The notes under the pieces are model-generated. The model searched no databases. It was not told where the DNA came from and saw only the letters and a list, made by a program, of their open reading frames with translations. This document shows positions 26,437 through 40,699 of a stretch of 64,000 nt of DNA, in pieces (within the stretch, counting starts at the first letter, position 1; every line of letters starts with the position of its first letter). This DNA is from Octopus vulgaris (Eukaryota). The DNA lies in the NCBI GenBank assembly GCA_951406725.2, contig OX597827.1, positions 81,282,001 to 81,346,000 of the forward strand, given 5' to 3'. Made by a program: the position numbers and the translations under genes.

Positions 26437-28273
26437 AGGAAGCCTGGTGGAGAGCAGAACAAACCTGCATGTATACACGATAGTCTGCCAGTGATGAGAA
26501 TGAGGGTTCTGGTTTTGATCCAATCAACAGAACAGCCAACTCATGAAATTAACATACAAGTGGCTGAGTACTCCACAGACACAGGTAACTTTAATGTAGT
26601 ACTCAGGGAGATAGAAGGGACAAAGCTGGCCCCTTTTGAATTACGGGTACAACTCAGCTGAGTGGACCGGAGTCAGAAGAAACAGAGTGCCTTGCCCAAG
26701 GACACAAAGCACCACCAGGTATTGAACCCATGACTATACCATCAGGAGCTGATGGTATGGTCCCAATCACTAAGCCATACAGCTTCACCACACATATATA
26801 CATACATATCCTGTCACAACACATCTTCCTAACACCCCTCCCACCACCTATGTTCACTCCTCTCCCCCTCCATCTCCCACTCTCCTTCCACACCCTCACA
26901 AACTTACCCACCCACTCACCCTATCTCATCCATTTCTCTTATATATTCCTCCCTGTAACTTGAGGGCACCCACCCCAACACACGTTCATCACCATCTTCT
27001 CTCCCTCCCCACCTCTCTCTCTCTCTCTCATTTTCCCTTTCCTTGTGGGGTAGCCATGTTTCTCCTCTGTCACAAGACACCAGTTTCTTTCCCCTCCATC
27101 CTACCCTAACCTCTCATCACCCGGCATGAAGCCACCTCCATCAGTATTACAACCACAAAACAAACGCAGCCCACTCTGGGAAGTGGTTGGCGTTAGGAAG
27201 GGCATCTGGCTATAGAGACCATGTCAAAGCAGGCAGTGGAGTTTGGTGTAGTCTTCTGCCTGGCCAGCCCCTGTCAACCCCTCCAACCCATGACCGCAAG
27301 CAAAACGGATGATAGTGATGACATACATACATATGTCAGTTGTCTGACCATAACCAGTTGAGCATTTCTTTTAGTGGCTGAAGATATGTGCATCTCTGAT
27401 TACGAGCAGAAATAGTGGGGGAGCATCATAGCCATTTGTCGAGAGGAATTCTTTGGGGTTTGGATAATTTCCTTCTGGAAACATGGGCGTTTTGTTCAAC
27501 ATCCTTGAACAACCCTTATTCAGGGACCTTTTAAGCGGGATGGGCTACTCAGCCTGAATATAATTCTAACTAGGACCCCACCTGCAAGGTCATGCACTGT
27601 TTATCTTGATATAAGATTACCAGGTTGCACACATATGGTTGTGATGCATGTGCCTAGTGTACCCTTATCAGACAGGTAGTCATGATGGGTATACTTTGTA
27701 TATTTTACTCTAGTGTCACTTTGATGGCATGCACTGCTCCATCACTCATGCATACATACATACATGAACACATAGGGAGAGAGGGAAAGATAGAGAGAGA
27801 GGGAGAGAGTATATGTATTTGTAAGTGTGTGCATGTGTGTTTGTGTGTGTGTGTGTGTTAGCACCCACTTCAACCTTTACTATATTGACCTCGTAGCCCC
27901 ATCTCTAACCATCTCGCATTCACCCCCTCCACATCTGATGTGGGAATAGCAGAAAGTTGATGTGGGGACAGAGTCCCTATTTGCTTGTTATTCCAGCATT
28001 TAGAAATAAGACTTGTAGTTTAGAAATTATCATCAAACAATCGCCCCAACAGGAATAACGAGGTCCCTGTATCAACTTTGTCTTTCATTGCTCCAGTCTG
28101 GCCTGGTCTGGTAGAATGAGGTGGTGGTGATGGTGGTTTGGTGAATAGGGTCAAGAATGGTCTCAGTGCCATAAACAATAGACTAAAATATGAGGAACAC
28201 GAGAATTTGATAAACCTCTACACTCTATACTAATATTCACACGCGTGTGTGTATCTCTATATCTCTATATACA

Positions 28274-28328
<55 letters not shown>

Positions 28329-28331
28329 TGT

Positions 28332-28625
28332 GCAGGAGTGGATGTGTGGTAAGTAGCTTGCTTACCAACCACATGTGAGTGGATTTGGTAGATGGAAACT
28401 GAAAGAAGCCCATCGTATATATGTATGTGTGTATATATGTTTGTGTGTCTGTGTTTGTTCCCCCCAACATCGCTTGACAACCGATGCTGGTGTGTTTACG
28501 TCCCCGTAACTTAGCAGTTTGGTTTTAAGTCCTGGGGTCGATTTGCTCAACTAAAGGTGGTGCACCAGCATGGCCACAGTCAAATGACTGAAACAAGCAA
28601 AAGAATAAAAGAAAGAATAAAGAAT
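28332..28625 (+). mobile_element. SINE family 1 with internal deletions
   Basis: Similarity to the 4082 copy. Confidence 0.8.
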
Positions 28626-28759
28626 ATATATATATATACACACACACATGTGTATATATATATCTGTGTGTGTGTATATTACAGTTCTGTCAATACACCT
28701 CTATAATAAAGATCCAGGAGGCAAGACAGCCAAACCTTACTTCCTAACAGCAGCAGCAG

Positions 28760-29150
28760 CACCACCACCACCACCACCACCATCGCCACCACCACCGCCG
28801 CCGCCACCGCCACCACCACCACCATCGCCACCACCACCACCACCACCACCACCGCCACCACCACCACCACCGATACCACCACCGCCGCCACCACCACCAC
28901 CACCACCACCACCACCACCACCACCACCGCCACCACCACCACCACCACCACCACCACCACCACCACCACCACCACCGCCACCACCACCACCATCGCCACC
29001 ACCACCACCGCCGCCACCACCGCTACCACCACTGCCACCACCGCCACCACCACCGCCACCACCGATACCACCACCGATACCACCACCGCCGCCACCACCA
29101 CCACCACCGATACCACCACCGCCGCCACCACCACCACCACCATCGCCATC
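28760..29150. repeat. Interrupted (CCA)n microsatellite
   Basis: About 390 bp of cca with ccg/tcg/ata variants. Confidence 0.95.
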
Positions 29151-29634
29151 CACTGCCACTAAATACTGCCATAAACACAGGACAACCCCCACCTCTGACC
29201 ACCACCACCACCACCACTATCAGGCACCTTTTCGGCTGTCTGTCTGTATGTCTGTGTGTCTGTTCAGGGATGTGAGGAGTGAGGAGTGGTGTGGGAGTGG
29301 GAGTGGGGGGTGAGGTGTAGTTGTCGTTATGGCAGCCAGAGTTTTATTGATTGACAGAATATAAAGGAAGACTTTATCCATGCGCGCACCATGCGCACAC
29401 ACACACACACACACACACGCACACACACACACACACTCTCTCTGCTCCTCAGCCTGTAGTTCCAGGGCAAGTAATGTGTCTTCTCTACACATCATCATCA
29501 TCCTCATCATTGCATCCTACTTCCTCTTCCACACACACACTTTACTATAAATATAAACACACACACACCCTCTTCCAATCACTGTTGCCATCATACCACT
29601 GCCATTACTGCCACGAGCACCAACATTACTATTT

Positions 29635-29668
<34 letters not shown>

Positions 29669-30288
29669 CACCACCACCACTACTACTATCATCTCAAACC
29701 CTAACCCTAACCCTACCCTTTTTACCACCATACTGCTGCTGTCCCTTGCAAGACTACCATTCTCTACAGATTTGCTGCTAAAAAACATTTGCTTTGCAAA
29801 TAAATTCCTCTTTCTCCATATAAAACCCTGCAGCCTCTCCAAAGAAGCCCAACTCATCTTATAAAATTATGTTCCCTGTTAAAACTGTCTCAATTTATAA
29901 ACCTTCCATCTTCACGGGAACGGCAGGTCCCCTCATATAACTGTTTCCCCATTAAATCTGTGACATTCCCGACCATTTTTTGAGAATTGTAGTTTACTGT
30001 TTGTGAGGTTCCCCCACTTTCTTTGTATTGAATAATTCATTTGTACTTTTCCCAGTTCCATAAAACATCAAAGTAAAATACAATTAGCTTTTGATTTCAC
30101 TAAACAAACTTAACATTTTACTAATGACATCTTCAGACGATTTAATGATGTCAACTAATTAGCAATTGAACCATTTCCATTCACCAGTGGAACTCATGGA
30201 TGTTCCACAATTTATAAATCTTCATTTTATGCATAAATTTATAAATCTCCCTTCATAACATTGTTTATTGTGTTGAAGATTTTAAAAA

Positions 30289-30470
30289 TAATAATTAGCT
30301 AAACAATAGTTTTTAAAATAATTAGTTAAACAAAGATTTAATATTAATTAGCCAGAGAATAGGTTCTATAATAATTAGCTAAACAGCAGATTTTATAATT
30401 ATTTAGCCAGACAATAGATTTTATAATGATTAATCAAACAATAGGATGTATAATTATTAGCTAGACAATG
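30289..30470. repeat. Minisatellite, about 7 units of 26-29 bp
   Basis: Repeating attagc(t/c)a(a/g)acaatagattttataa(t) units. Confidence 0.75.
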
Positions 30471-30719
30471 AAAAATTAAGAATTAGATAAATTATAGTGT
30501 TAGTAATATTATATTAATTAGTAAACATAACTCAGCTGATTTAAATTTAACCAAAAGTGATTTCAAAACCAATAGAATAGAATTCAAAAATTGCAGTGTT
30601 AAGGTCAAGACCTGTCTGTATACAATATTTAGTTGACATTCTCATTCTATATTATGTTTTACAACAGTCTTTCTTTGCCATTTCCTTTGTTTCTCTGTCT
30701 CTATAGCTCTAAGAGCCAA

Positions 30720-31440
30720 TAATTTTTGAATTTCCAAGTTCTCTAAAAAAAGAACAGAGACTTATAAATGCTGGTTGTTTATTAATTTTTGCACCAGCAA
30801 TGGAAACAACACAATGATAATTTTTGTATATTCTTCCTGAAATTAATCACCACTTCGTTACACGCATCAGATTGTGGTTTTAGTTCATCAGGAAGTCTGC
30901 TATGGCACAAATTAAGAAACCAATTTCTGAATGTCAAACCATTACAATGAGGACAGAATCTGTTAATTTTTCCTGTGTGATAAGGTTCAACAACAACCTG
31001 TTTATCATATCATGGAAATACGAAATCATCTCTGCTGTTGTCTTTTTGTTTCAACATTTTTCAAGTTGGTCAATTACTTTTGATCCATGGGTCTTCATCC
31101 CCATGTGATTCCTTTCTTCAATTTTCTCTCATCTCCTCTTCACTTCTTTCTCTCAAGGCTGTTCTCTATAATCCGCTTGCTCTTCACTCGCCATCTCCTT
31201 CTTCACGTCTGTTGACTTTTCCCTTTGATAGCAGAGCCATCCTCCACATTCGGGCTCAGCTTGGCTCTTCTTATCCATTGGTTTTGTCTTAAACTTTCTC
31301 TTATTTCCAGTCTTTCTTCTCTTCTTTGCCTCTCTTGTCTCATTCTTTCTCTTGTTGCTTCACGTCTGATGTCAATCCACAGAGAAGATTGTTTTAATGT
31401 GAAACGAGAATAGAAGTTTTTGACAAAATATAACAATACA
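30720..31440 (-). mobile_element. Helitron Rep/Hel N-terminal remnant
   Basis: Arg/Glu-rich RREATRERMRQERQRREERLE, then EPYHTGKINRFCPHCNGLTF (Helitron CxxC motif), then NFRKNI..NY..SIAGAKIN (compare FxxNIRxYNSAFxFxSMGAKID); frameshifted. Confidence 0.65.
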
Positions 31441-32643
31441 AAAGCGAAACATCTTCTTTGCTATCAAACTGTTTTGTGATTCTTCAGTTCCAGGATCCAG
31501 CAGATGTGAAATTGTTTAGTTTGGCAACAGTGAATGGCAATGTTTTCCTTCACCAAGAAAACAAAAGAAAAATTGAAAGCATTTTCTTAGAAAATGAAAT
31601 TATAAAAGAATGGAAATATTAAAATGTTTAATAATGAAAGTAAAAAATAAAGAGAAGTGAGTTTGTACTCGTTGAGTATGATATAACATCCACTGGAATG
31701 GAAACTGTTAAATCATTGTGGAATCAGGCAGAAAAAATAAGCAAGACTTTGGTATTTATTGGCCACATCTGAACTCTTCAGTAACACCACAAGAAGCCAA
31801 CAGAGCTACTGGGACCAATAGGGGTTTTCAACAGAACTTGCAGGGGTTGGTCTCCAAACTGAGGATAAATTGATGCCTCCCTTTTTCCCTCATTCTCAGA
31901 GATCTGCAAGAAGGTTCACAGGGATTAAATGTAAAAAATAAAATTAAAATTTGGAGCAATTTTTATAGAGAATAATTCCTTTTATAGGCACAAGACATCA
32001 AATTTGGAGAAAGGGACCAGTGAACTATATTGCTGTACCCCTTTTTCCCAATAATACATCATTAGTATTTTAATTAATTGATTTGAGGAGGCAGGTAAAA
32101 GGTAAAGTTAACCTCAGAACACTTTAAATTAAGAATGTAAACAGCCGAAAAATTTATTACATGGCATTGAATTGGATGCTCTAACGACTCTGCCAAATCT
32201 GTTACTGATGATGATGATGCTGATGATGATGATGATGTTTGTCTTGTGAGTTCATCCAGTTGTTTATTTAACTGTCTTATTCAAGATAAAAGCAAAATCC
32301 GATAACAACAGGGTGTATGTGTGTGTGTGTGAACTTGCATGTCTTTGTATGTATACGTATGTGAATGCTTCTGCATATGTCAATCTGGGTGTGTTGGAGT
32401 ATGCGGATCAATATGTGCACAAGGTACCGTGCCAATGATTGTTTACATATCTGTTATCTCCACATATAAGTGTGTTTACATTCGTAAGTACGTGTTTAAG
32501 TGCACACACACACACACACACACACACACGTGTAAGTATATGTGTCAGTGGTGTTTTTGTGTAAATGTTTATATATGTATTTTTCTTTTGGTATATATCT
32601 ACATGCAAATTTAAGTGAATAAATACATATATACATATACATT

Positions 32644-32748
<105 letters not shown>

Positions 32749-32782
32749 GCATATATTTAAATATATATATATATATGTATGC

Positions 32783-32817
<35 letters not shown>

Positions 32818-32917
32818 GCAATAATAATAGTTTAATATAGACAGAAGTGTGCAATACTTTATCTAAAGCGAAAATTATAATTGTCACTAAATAGGACTAG
32901 AGTTAGAACACCTACAT

Positions 32918-32975
<58 letters not shown>

Positions 32976-33016
32976 ACCTATCCATATCAATATGTCTCTA
33001 CATAAGTATCTATATG

Positions 33017-33398
33017 TGTGGAGGTGCAATGGCCCAGTGTTTAGGGCAGCAGACTTGCTGTTGTAGGATTGCGGTTTCGATTCCCAAACAAGGTGTTATG
33101 AGTGTATATTGCGCAAAAGCACCTAAAGCTCCATGAGGCTATGGCAGGAGGGGGTGGGTGGCGAACCCTGCTGTACTCTTTTCACCACAACTTTCTCTCA
33201 CTTTTTCTTTCTGCTGTACCTGTATTTCGAAGGCCCAGCCTTGTCGTACTCTTTGTCATGCTGAATCTCCCTGAGAACTATATTAAGGGTACACGTGTCT
33301 GTGGAGTGCTCAGCCACTTGCATGTTAATTTCATGAGCAGGCTGTTCCGTTGATCGGATCAACTGGAAACCCTTGTCACCATAACTGACAGAGTGCCA
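33017..33398 (+). mobile_element. tRNA-headed SINE family 4
   Basis: tggcccagtgtttagggcag..gtttcgattccc head; tail ctgaatctccctgagaactatattaagggtacacgtgtctgtggagtgctcagcc shared with 26480 (-), 43428, 51852 and 57960 (-). Confidence 0.75.
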
Positions 33399-33457
33399 CG
33401 ATCTGTATGTATCTATCTATTTCTATATATGTATGTATGTATGTGTGTGTGCGTGCA

Positions 33458-33509
<52 letters not shown>

Positions 33510-33739
33510 GATACAATGAACCTGGAATTCATGAGACTCTTTATTATTTACTACAACCGTTTCAACTCATTGTGCATAGGTGCTTCATGAGCTGAGATGC
33601 TGTACAAATGGTTGTGGTGCATCATATGTGCAGAAGTGTTTCATCAGGTGACTTGTCAAAAAGTACCTCATTTTTTAATCTCTGTTTCACTTATTTCCAT
33701 TAGAATACATTTTGGTAGATGTAGTTCACTACTTATCTA

Positions 33740-34480
33740 CATTGTAGAATGCTTCTTGTATAAACATTAAGGGGATTATATTACATAGATAGATACACTT
33801 TATAATGAAATCCATTGGAAGGATAATCCCAAGGACAAAGAAATAAGAACCCACAATATGGTAGAAGCCATAGCCACTCATAATAAAAAGGAATACTTAA
33901 GGAATATTATAGTGAAGACGTCAACAAAATATAAGCACAACAGACCTGATATAATGATTTGGGATAGAGAAGAGAAACTGTGCAGAGTTGTAGAAATTAG
34001 CTGCCTAGTGGATGTTAACATAAAGCTGAAGATTAGGGAAAAAGACAATACCTATGCTGAACTATTGAGAAATCTGCAGTTACTCTATCCAGATTACAAG
34101 TTTGGGTTTATACCTGAAATAATTGGGGCCCTGGGATATGTAACACGTTGCCTAAATACCAATCTTGAGAAATTAGGCTTCTCAAAACCAGAAAGGAGAC
34201 TACAGATCCAATTCATCAATGGAACTGTAAAAATCTGTAAAACTTTCCAGAAGTTTATCATTTAAATATATATGAGCATATCTAGATATGCAACTATACG
34301 CATCAGAATACATACATAAAAACATACAAATCTGCACATACATACATACATGCATACACACACACACATACATATGTATATGCAATCAAAAATACCCTGT
34401 TGTTGATGTTGAGATTCCAGTGAGATTCCGGTTTTTTCTCTATTGGCAAGAAATCTTGAAATAAATTGAATAATGACATA
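33740..34480 (+). mobile_element. RLE-type LINE 3' end (PD-(D/E)xK endonuclease) plus 3' UTR
   Basis: ORF 33858-34265: KHNRPDIMIWDREEKLCRVVEISC..KDNTYAELLRNLQLLYPDYKFGFIPEIIGALG. Confidence 0.8.
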
Positions 34481-34742
34481 CATACATACAAAGATACAGA
34501 TGGACACACAGACAGATAGATAGATTGATAGATAGATATAAGATAAGAGCTCATCTCAGTGAAATAATTTAATCAGTGAAAGGTTGTTGGTGCTATGACT
34601 GTAAGTCTATGGGAATTAAATGAGCAGGTAAAAAGGGGTGTCAAATATATCACAAGTATATAGGAATATTTCACACACACACACACACACAAACACACAC
34701 AAAACATGCATGTGTGTGCACACACTCACACATGTGTATGTG

Positions 34743-34794
<52 letters not shown>

Positions 34795-34796
<2 letters not shown>

Positions 34797-34960
34797 TAGG
34801 GAGAGTTTATGAAAAAAACAAAAGACGAAGACAGGAGGTGTACAAAACAAACAGATGTATTAATATAATGCTCAGGAATAGAAAAAGTCTTTTACGTTTC
34901 GAGCTTACGCTCTTCTACAGAAAGGGACACAGAAAAAACAAGGAGAGAGAAAATGTGTGT
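34795..34960 (-). mobile_element. Family B hammerhead-bearing short element
   Basis: Minus strand cttt-CTGTAGA-a-gagc gtaa gctc-GAAA-cgta-aaag (34889-34924); tail cacctcctgtcttcgtcttttg...ctatat shared with the 59533 and 61730 copies. Confidence 0.6.
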
Positions 34961-35069
34961 AGTGGCTAACGATCTATATTCATTGATTGTTGTATATGTG
35001 TATATATAAAGACATACACAGACATATATATTCATGTATAAATACATATATATATTCATTGATTGTTGA

Positions 35070-35100
<31 letters not shown>

Positions 35101-35230
35101 CACCCACACACATATATATATATACATACACACACACACACATATATATACAAGTCAAAGGTAAGGTTAAAGATGAAACAATTGCTGTGGCAATATAAAT
35201 TTTTTCTGTTGGTACATTCCGTCTTCTCTT

Positions 35231-35262
<32 letters not shown>

Positions 35263-35329
35263 GCTAATATGTACATATATATTTCTATATATATTACATA
35301 GATATATATATCATATGTGTGTTTGTGTG

Positions 35330-35366
<37 letters not shown>

Positions 35367-35885
35367 GTATTTATACATATATACGTATGTTTGTATATAT
35401 GTGTATGTATATATATACATATATATGTATATGCGTCCAACCCATGCTAGCATGGAAAACGGACGTTAAATGATGATGACGATGATGATGTATGTATGTA
35501 TATATACATATATATATAAATATATTTATTGAATACATGCAAATATGTATAAGTTAATGTGAAGCCTACAAAGTCTGATTTTTTAAGTTTTATTTTTGAA
35601 TTTTCCCCAATTTTACAAAAGTAAAATGTAGGAACCATACTACACTGGAATCTCATTGGCTTATATATTTAACTCTATACAATCATGCAGACTCTAACAT
35701 ATGTATATATATATATTTCTTTCCTACCCACAAGGGGCTAAACATAGAGGGGACAAACAAGGACAGACAAAGGGATTAAGTCGATTACATCAACCCCAGT
35801 GCGTAACTGGTACTTATTTAATCGACCCCGAAAGGATGAAAGGCAAAGTCGACCTCGGCGGAACACACATACATGTATATATAAG

Positions 35886-35928
<43 letters not shown>

Positions 35929-36299
35929 ACATATATGTATGTATGTGTTTATGTATGTATATATTGTATTTATGCCTGTATGCATTTGTGTAAAGGCGTA
36001 CAAGGGGTGTGGTATTGGTTTGGCCTGCATCTCCCACCGTCACTCCCAGTGCTGAGCCACACAACACAACACAGAGGTGAAGCTACCAACACCTCCCCTC
36101 AATATACACTCACACACACACATCCACAGACATGCATCTACACATAGTTACGCAGCAACATGCTGTGTTGTATACTGACCCCTCAACAGATGAATGGGTG
36201 TTGAGGTTGGTGCAAGCAAAAGCAATAATAACTGCACTTTCATGCATCCATATATGACCACCACCACCACCACCAAAATCACCACCTCCATTTGAGACA

Positions 36300-36773
36300 C
36301 CTTTTCTCTTTTATCTTTTACTTGTTTCAGTCATTATTACTTGCCCATGCTGGGGCACATCCTTGCAGAATATCAATCAAGTGAATTGATCCCAGGACTT
36401 ATTTTTTAAGCCTGTTACTTATTGTATCACTCCCTTTTGCCAAACCACTAAGTTACAGGAATGTAAACACACCAACACCGGTTTGTCAACTGGTGGGGGG
36501 GGGGGACAAACATAGACACACACATGCATACAAACATATAAGTATACTCATTTACTCTTTTACTTGTTTCAGTCATTTGCATGTGGCCATGCTGGAGCAC
36601 AGCCTTTAGTCGAGTAAATCGACCCCAGGACTTATTCTTTCTAAGCCTAGTACTTATTCTATCGGTCTGTTTTGCCAAACTGCTAAGTTACAGGGACGTA
36701 AACACACCAGCATCAGTTGTCAAGAAATGTTGGGGGGACAAACACAGACACACAAACATATACACACACATAC

Positions 36774-36804
<31 letters not shown>

Positions 36805-36818
36805 ATGATATATATATT

Positions 36819-36864
<46 letters not shown>

Positions 36865-37015
36865 TATGATGGGCTTCTTTCAGTTTCCGTCACGAGGCAT
36901 TGGTTGGCCTGAGGCTATAGTAGAAGACACTTGCCCAAGGGGCCATGCAGTGGGAATGAACCCGGAACCATGTGGTTCGTAAGCAAGCTACTTACCACAC
37001 AGCCACTCCTACGCC

Positions 37016-37063
<48 letters not shown>

Positions 37064-37225
37064 GATATCCACATGCACACATGACAGGCTTCTTTCAGTT
37101 TCCATCTACCAAACCCACTCACAAGTCTGAGGCTACAATAGAAGACAACTATTCAAGGTGCCACACAGTGGGACTGAACCTGGAACTCTGTGGTTGGGAG
37201 GCAAACTTCTTACCACCAAGTCACT
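36300..37225 (-). mobile_element. Cluster of three SINE family 1 copies or fragments
   Basis: Copies at about 36300-36500, 36545-37015 and 37085-37225. Confidence 0.8.
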
Positions 37226-37512
37226 TCTCCAAAATGCACATACACAAAACTGGACCCTTCACTCTGCTATGTCTGTTTTGGGTTCAAACCTGTTATTTCG
37301 CTCATTCCTTCTCTTCTTGTTATCCTTCCATAACGCTTCTGTCAACTGTAGTATTTTGCTGCTGTAGTTTATATATATATGTGTATATATAGTATTTAAA
37401 CATATAAAAGGGAAATGGAATTTAATTAAAATTAAAAGCATTCAATTAAAATTTACATTTCCAGTGGTCCAACGCGTAAACAAAATTTTAGTCAAAAAGA
37501 CTATATATTAGT

Positions 37513-37717
37513 CATACGATATAGTGTATATGTAAACACATAGAGAATCCACTTTTAGCGATTCTAGGCATTAGAAAGAACAGTTCTATGACCACAAAAA
37601 ATTCGGGACAAAATTCAACAGGAATTCCTGTGGTCATAGAACTTAGCTGTTCTTTCTAATGCGTAGAATCCTTATAAGTGGATTCTCTATGTGTTTAAAT
37701 ATTCACTATATCGTATG
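37513..37717. repeat. Fold-back (MITE-like) element with about 85-bp inverted arms
   Basis: catacgatatagtg..ttctatgaccaca (37513-37596) versus tgtggtcatagaa..cactatatcgtatg (37629-37717). Confidence 0.85.
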
Positions 37718-37906
37718 TGTATATATATGTATGTAATTATGTATGTATGTGTGTGTGTATTTGAATATGGAACACACCTTGAGTAACAAAGGGTATCTAA
37801 CTGATTCAGGTGTGAATGGCAACTACACAACTGGACTAACTGGTTCGTTTATTGATTGTTAAAATGATTAATGAAGTAATTAATTGGTTAATTGGTTGAC
37901 TAGTTG

Positions 37907-37984
<78 letters not shown>

Positions 37985-37991
37985 GTTATTA

Positions 37992-38045
<54 letters not shown>

Positions 38046-38050
38046 ATAAT
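37907..38050. repeat. (AAT)n abutting (ATT)n microsatellite
   Basis: Direct reading. Confidence 0.95.
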
Positions 38051-38580
38051 GTCCTGATGCAGTCCCAGACAGTGGCTCTCATGGCTTCTGGTCTTAACTT
38101 GTTGGAAGTGTTATCATGTACATTGTTTTGTCTTGGTATAAAAGATGGGCTACAGCAAATATTCTGCTCAATACCACAGATTTGCTGGTCAGTTGCTTGA
38201 CCTTAACCAGTTGAGCATGTCCCTTGGTGGCTGACAATATGTGCATCACTGATCACAAGCAGAAGTAGTGGGGGAGCATCATAGCCATGTGCTGAAAGAA
38301 AACATGGGTGCTTCATTCAACATCTTTAAGCAACCCTTATTCAGGGACTTTTTGAACCAGATGGGTTACGTGACCAGAAGAAGATTCTAACTGGGCCTCA
38401 CCTGCAAGGTCATGCACTGTTTCTCTTGATATGAGATCACCATGTTACGCACATATGGTTGTAATGCATGTGCCTAGTGCACCCTTATCAGATGGATAGT
38501 TATGATGGGTATCCAGGGCTTTGTATAATTTAACCCAGTGTCACTTTGATGGCATGCACTGCTCTCTCACTTAATAATGA
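38050..38580 (+). mobile_element. Interspersed repeat family 5 ((AAT)n-tailed, probable retroelement 3' end)
   Basis: Near-identical to 27335-27750; fragments at 8088-8320 and 41066-41210 (-). Confidence 0.75.
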
Positions 38581-38599
38581 TAATTATCACCAGCCAGAG

Positions 38600-39030
38600 C
38601 ACAAAGAATACTAGTGATGCTATGATAACTTAGCCAAAGTTGTTTATTGGGAGTTATGTGTAGAATATGGTCTTCAATGAGCACAAACTAGAAGGTGTTC
38701 TCAAAGTGATCATGCCAAGAGATTTTTGGGACCTTATAGTACAATGGGAGCATGAAATTAAACAGTGTAAACTAGATCTTATGGTGATTAACAAAGCCAA
38801 CACACAGTGTTTGATTCTAGATGTGGCTTGTCCCGCTTGGAAGATAGAATATCTGTGGGCAATGGAAAAGGTTGAGATGGTCCCAGTTGTTGGGGTGCTA
38901 GGTACTGCGAGCACCAGAATTGTAAAACTATTTTTTTAGATATCAGGCACAACGTCAATGCAGGACACTTGCAGGAACCAACACTCATTGGAATTGTTAG
39001 AATTCTTAGAAAAGTGCTTGCTAAATAGAG
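38600..39030 (+). mobile_element. RLE-type LINE endonuclease remnant
   Basis: WDLIVQWEHEIKQCKLDLMVINKANTQCLILDVACP..VEMVPVVGVLG. Confidence 0.7.
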
Positions 39031-39182
39031 GTCCCACTTCAGTCCCTTGTTTATATATTAAACCACCAGCAACAAATGATCTAGAAATTGTTTTCCTTAT
39101 TGGTCAGAACACTCACACATATATATTTGTGTGAGTGTGTATGTATGGGCATGCGAGTGCATGTATGTGAGTGTGTGTGTAT

Positions 39183-39589
39183 ATTCTTTTATGCTCTTCC
39201 TGGTTTCAGTCATTTGACTGCAGCCATGCTGGAGCACTGCCTTTAGTTGAGCAAAGCAACCCCAGGACTTATTCTTTGTAAGCCTAGTACTTATACCCTC
39301 GGTCTATTTTGCTGAACTGCTAAGTTACGGGAACGTAAACACACCAGCATCGGTTGTCAAGTGATGGTGGGGGGACAAACACAGACACACACACACACAC
39401 ACGCATTTATACATATATATATATATATACGATGGGCTTCTTTCAGTTTCCATCTACCAAATCCACTCACAAAGCTTTGGTTGGCCTGAGGCTGTAGTAG
39501 AAGACACTCGCCCAAGGTGCCATGCAGTAGGACTGAACCTGGAACCATGTGGTTGGTTAGCAAGCTACTTACCACACAGCCACTCCTGT

Positions 39590-39590
<1 letters not shown>
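39183..39590 (-). mobile_element. SINE family 1, full length
   Basis: Similarity to the 4082 copy. Confidence 0.85.
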
Positions 39591-39625
<35 letters not shown>

Positions 39626-40102
39626 TGATCATGTGATTAATCAGATGCTCAGATGTTGTTATACATTACTGGTCACAATGCGCTTTGGAATGATGCCACC
39701 CCACTGACTAGGTGAGCAGACCAACATTCTTCCCTGGCCAGAAGGCCATTCTGTTGCCATGTCAACCCGTTTACAGCTGAGCAGACTCAAAGAGTGTAAA
39801 ATGAATTTTGCTCAAGAATACAATGCACTGCCGGGTCTGGGAACTGAACCCACGGTCTAGCAATCAGGAGTGCAACATCCTGACCACATGTGTGTGTGTG
39901 TGTATGAAGATCAGATATTATAGAACCCTTTTTGTTGTTCCTTCTGTCCTCACCTCTCTCTCTCTCTCCCTTTCTCTCTTTCAATATGTCTACATAAGGA
40001 AGTTTTTAATGGGTGACCAATTCCTACAAGAAAGGAACAGATTTAAACCGACCTCACTCTGTAAACATTTCTATCAGTTTGTTTACATACATATCGACTG
40101 CC

Positions 40103-40172
<70 letters not shown>

Positions 40173-40699
40173 GTCTGTCTGTCTGTCTGTCTGTCAGTCC
40201 ATTTCTCTGCATGTGCACACACACGCATGTGCGTGTGCGTGTGTATAATGCATGCATACAATTATATATTTAGCTCCTCACTCCTCCCCGCTTTGTATAT
40301 ATTTAGACATCAGCCTCTGCGCATATTCTATAGATTCATTCCCCTGTAAGATCGCCATGGTAACATTGTAGATGTCAATTCAAATAATCTGACATCGATG
40401 GATTCAGTCCAGATTGCTGCAGGGATTGAAACCTTCACCCTGCTGTGATGTTTTGTCACTGTAACCTTGGGCAAGGCACTTAACTTCCCACTCTCCATTT
40501 TCCCCAAGCTTTCTATCTAATTAAGACAACACACTAAAGACTTTTCATATTTTCTCATCCCTGCATCCCTCCATCACACATCTACAATTGAGGAGGTGTG
40601 CATGTATGTGCATTTAAATGTTTCTATGTATGTGCTTATGTATGTGTTTATTGCGTATATATGCGTGTGTGGTTCTTCTTGTTATTTATTCGTATCCTT

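Noticed and set aside
27945-28015. Possible hammerhead with long helix II (ggaatagcag/ttgttattcc)
   Set aside because: Core reads CTGATGT and GAAA is displaced; not supportable
28648-29313. 221-aa polyproline ORF resembling a formin FH1 or extensin
   Set aside because: Pure (CCA)n microsatellite flanked by SINE and low-complexity DNA, with no adjoining domain or convincing splice context
30289-30470. CRISPR-like array
   Set aside because: Eukaryotic context and tandem units without unique spacers; a minisatellite
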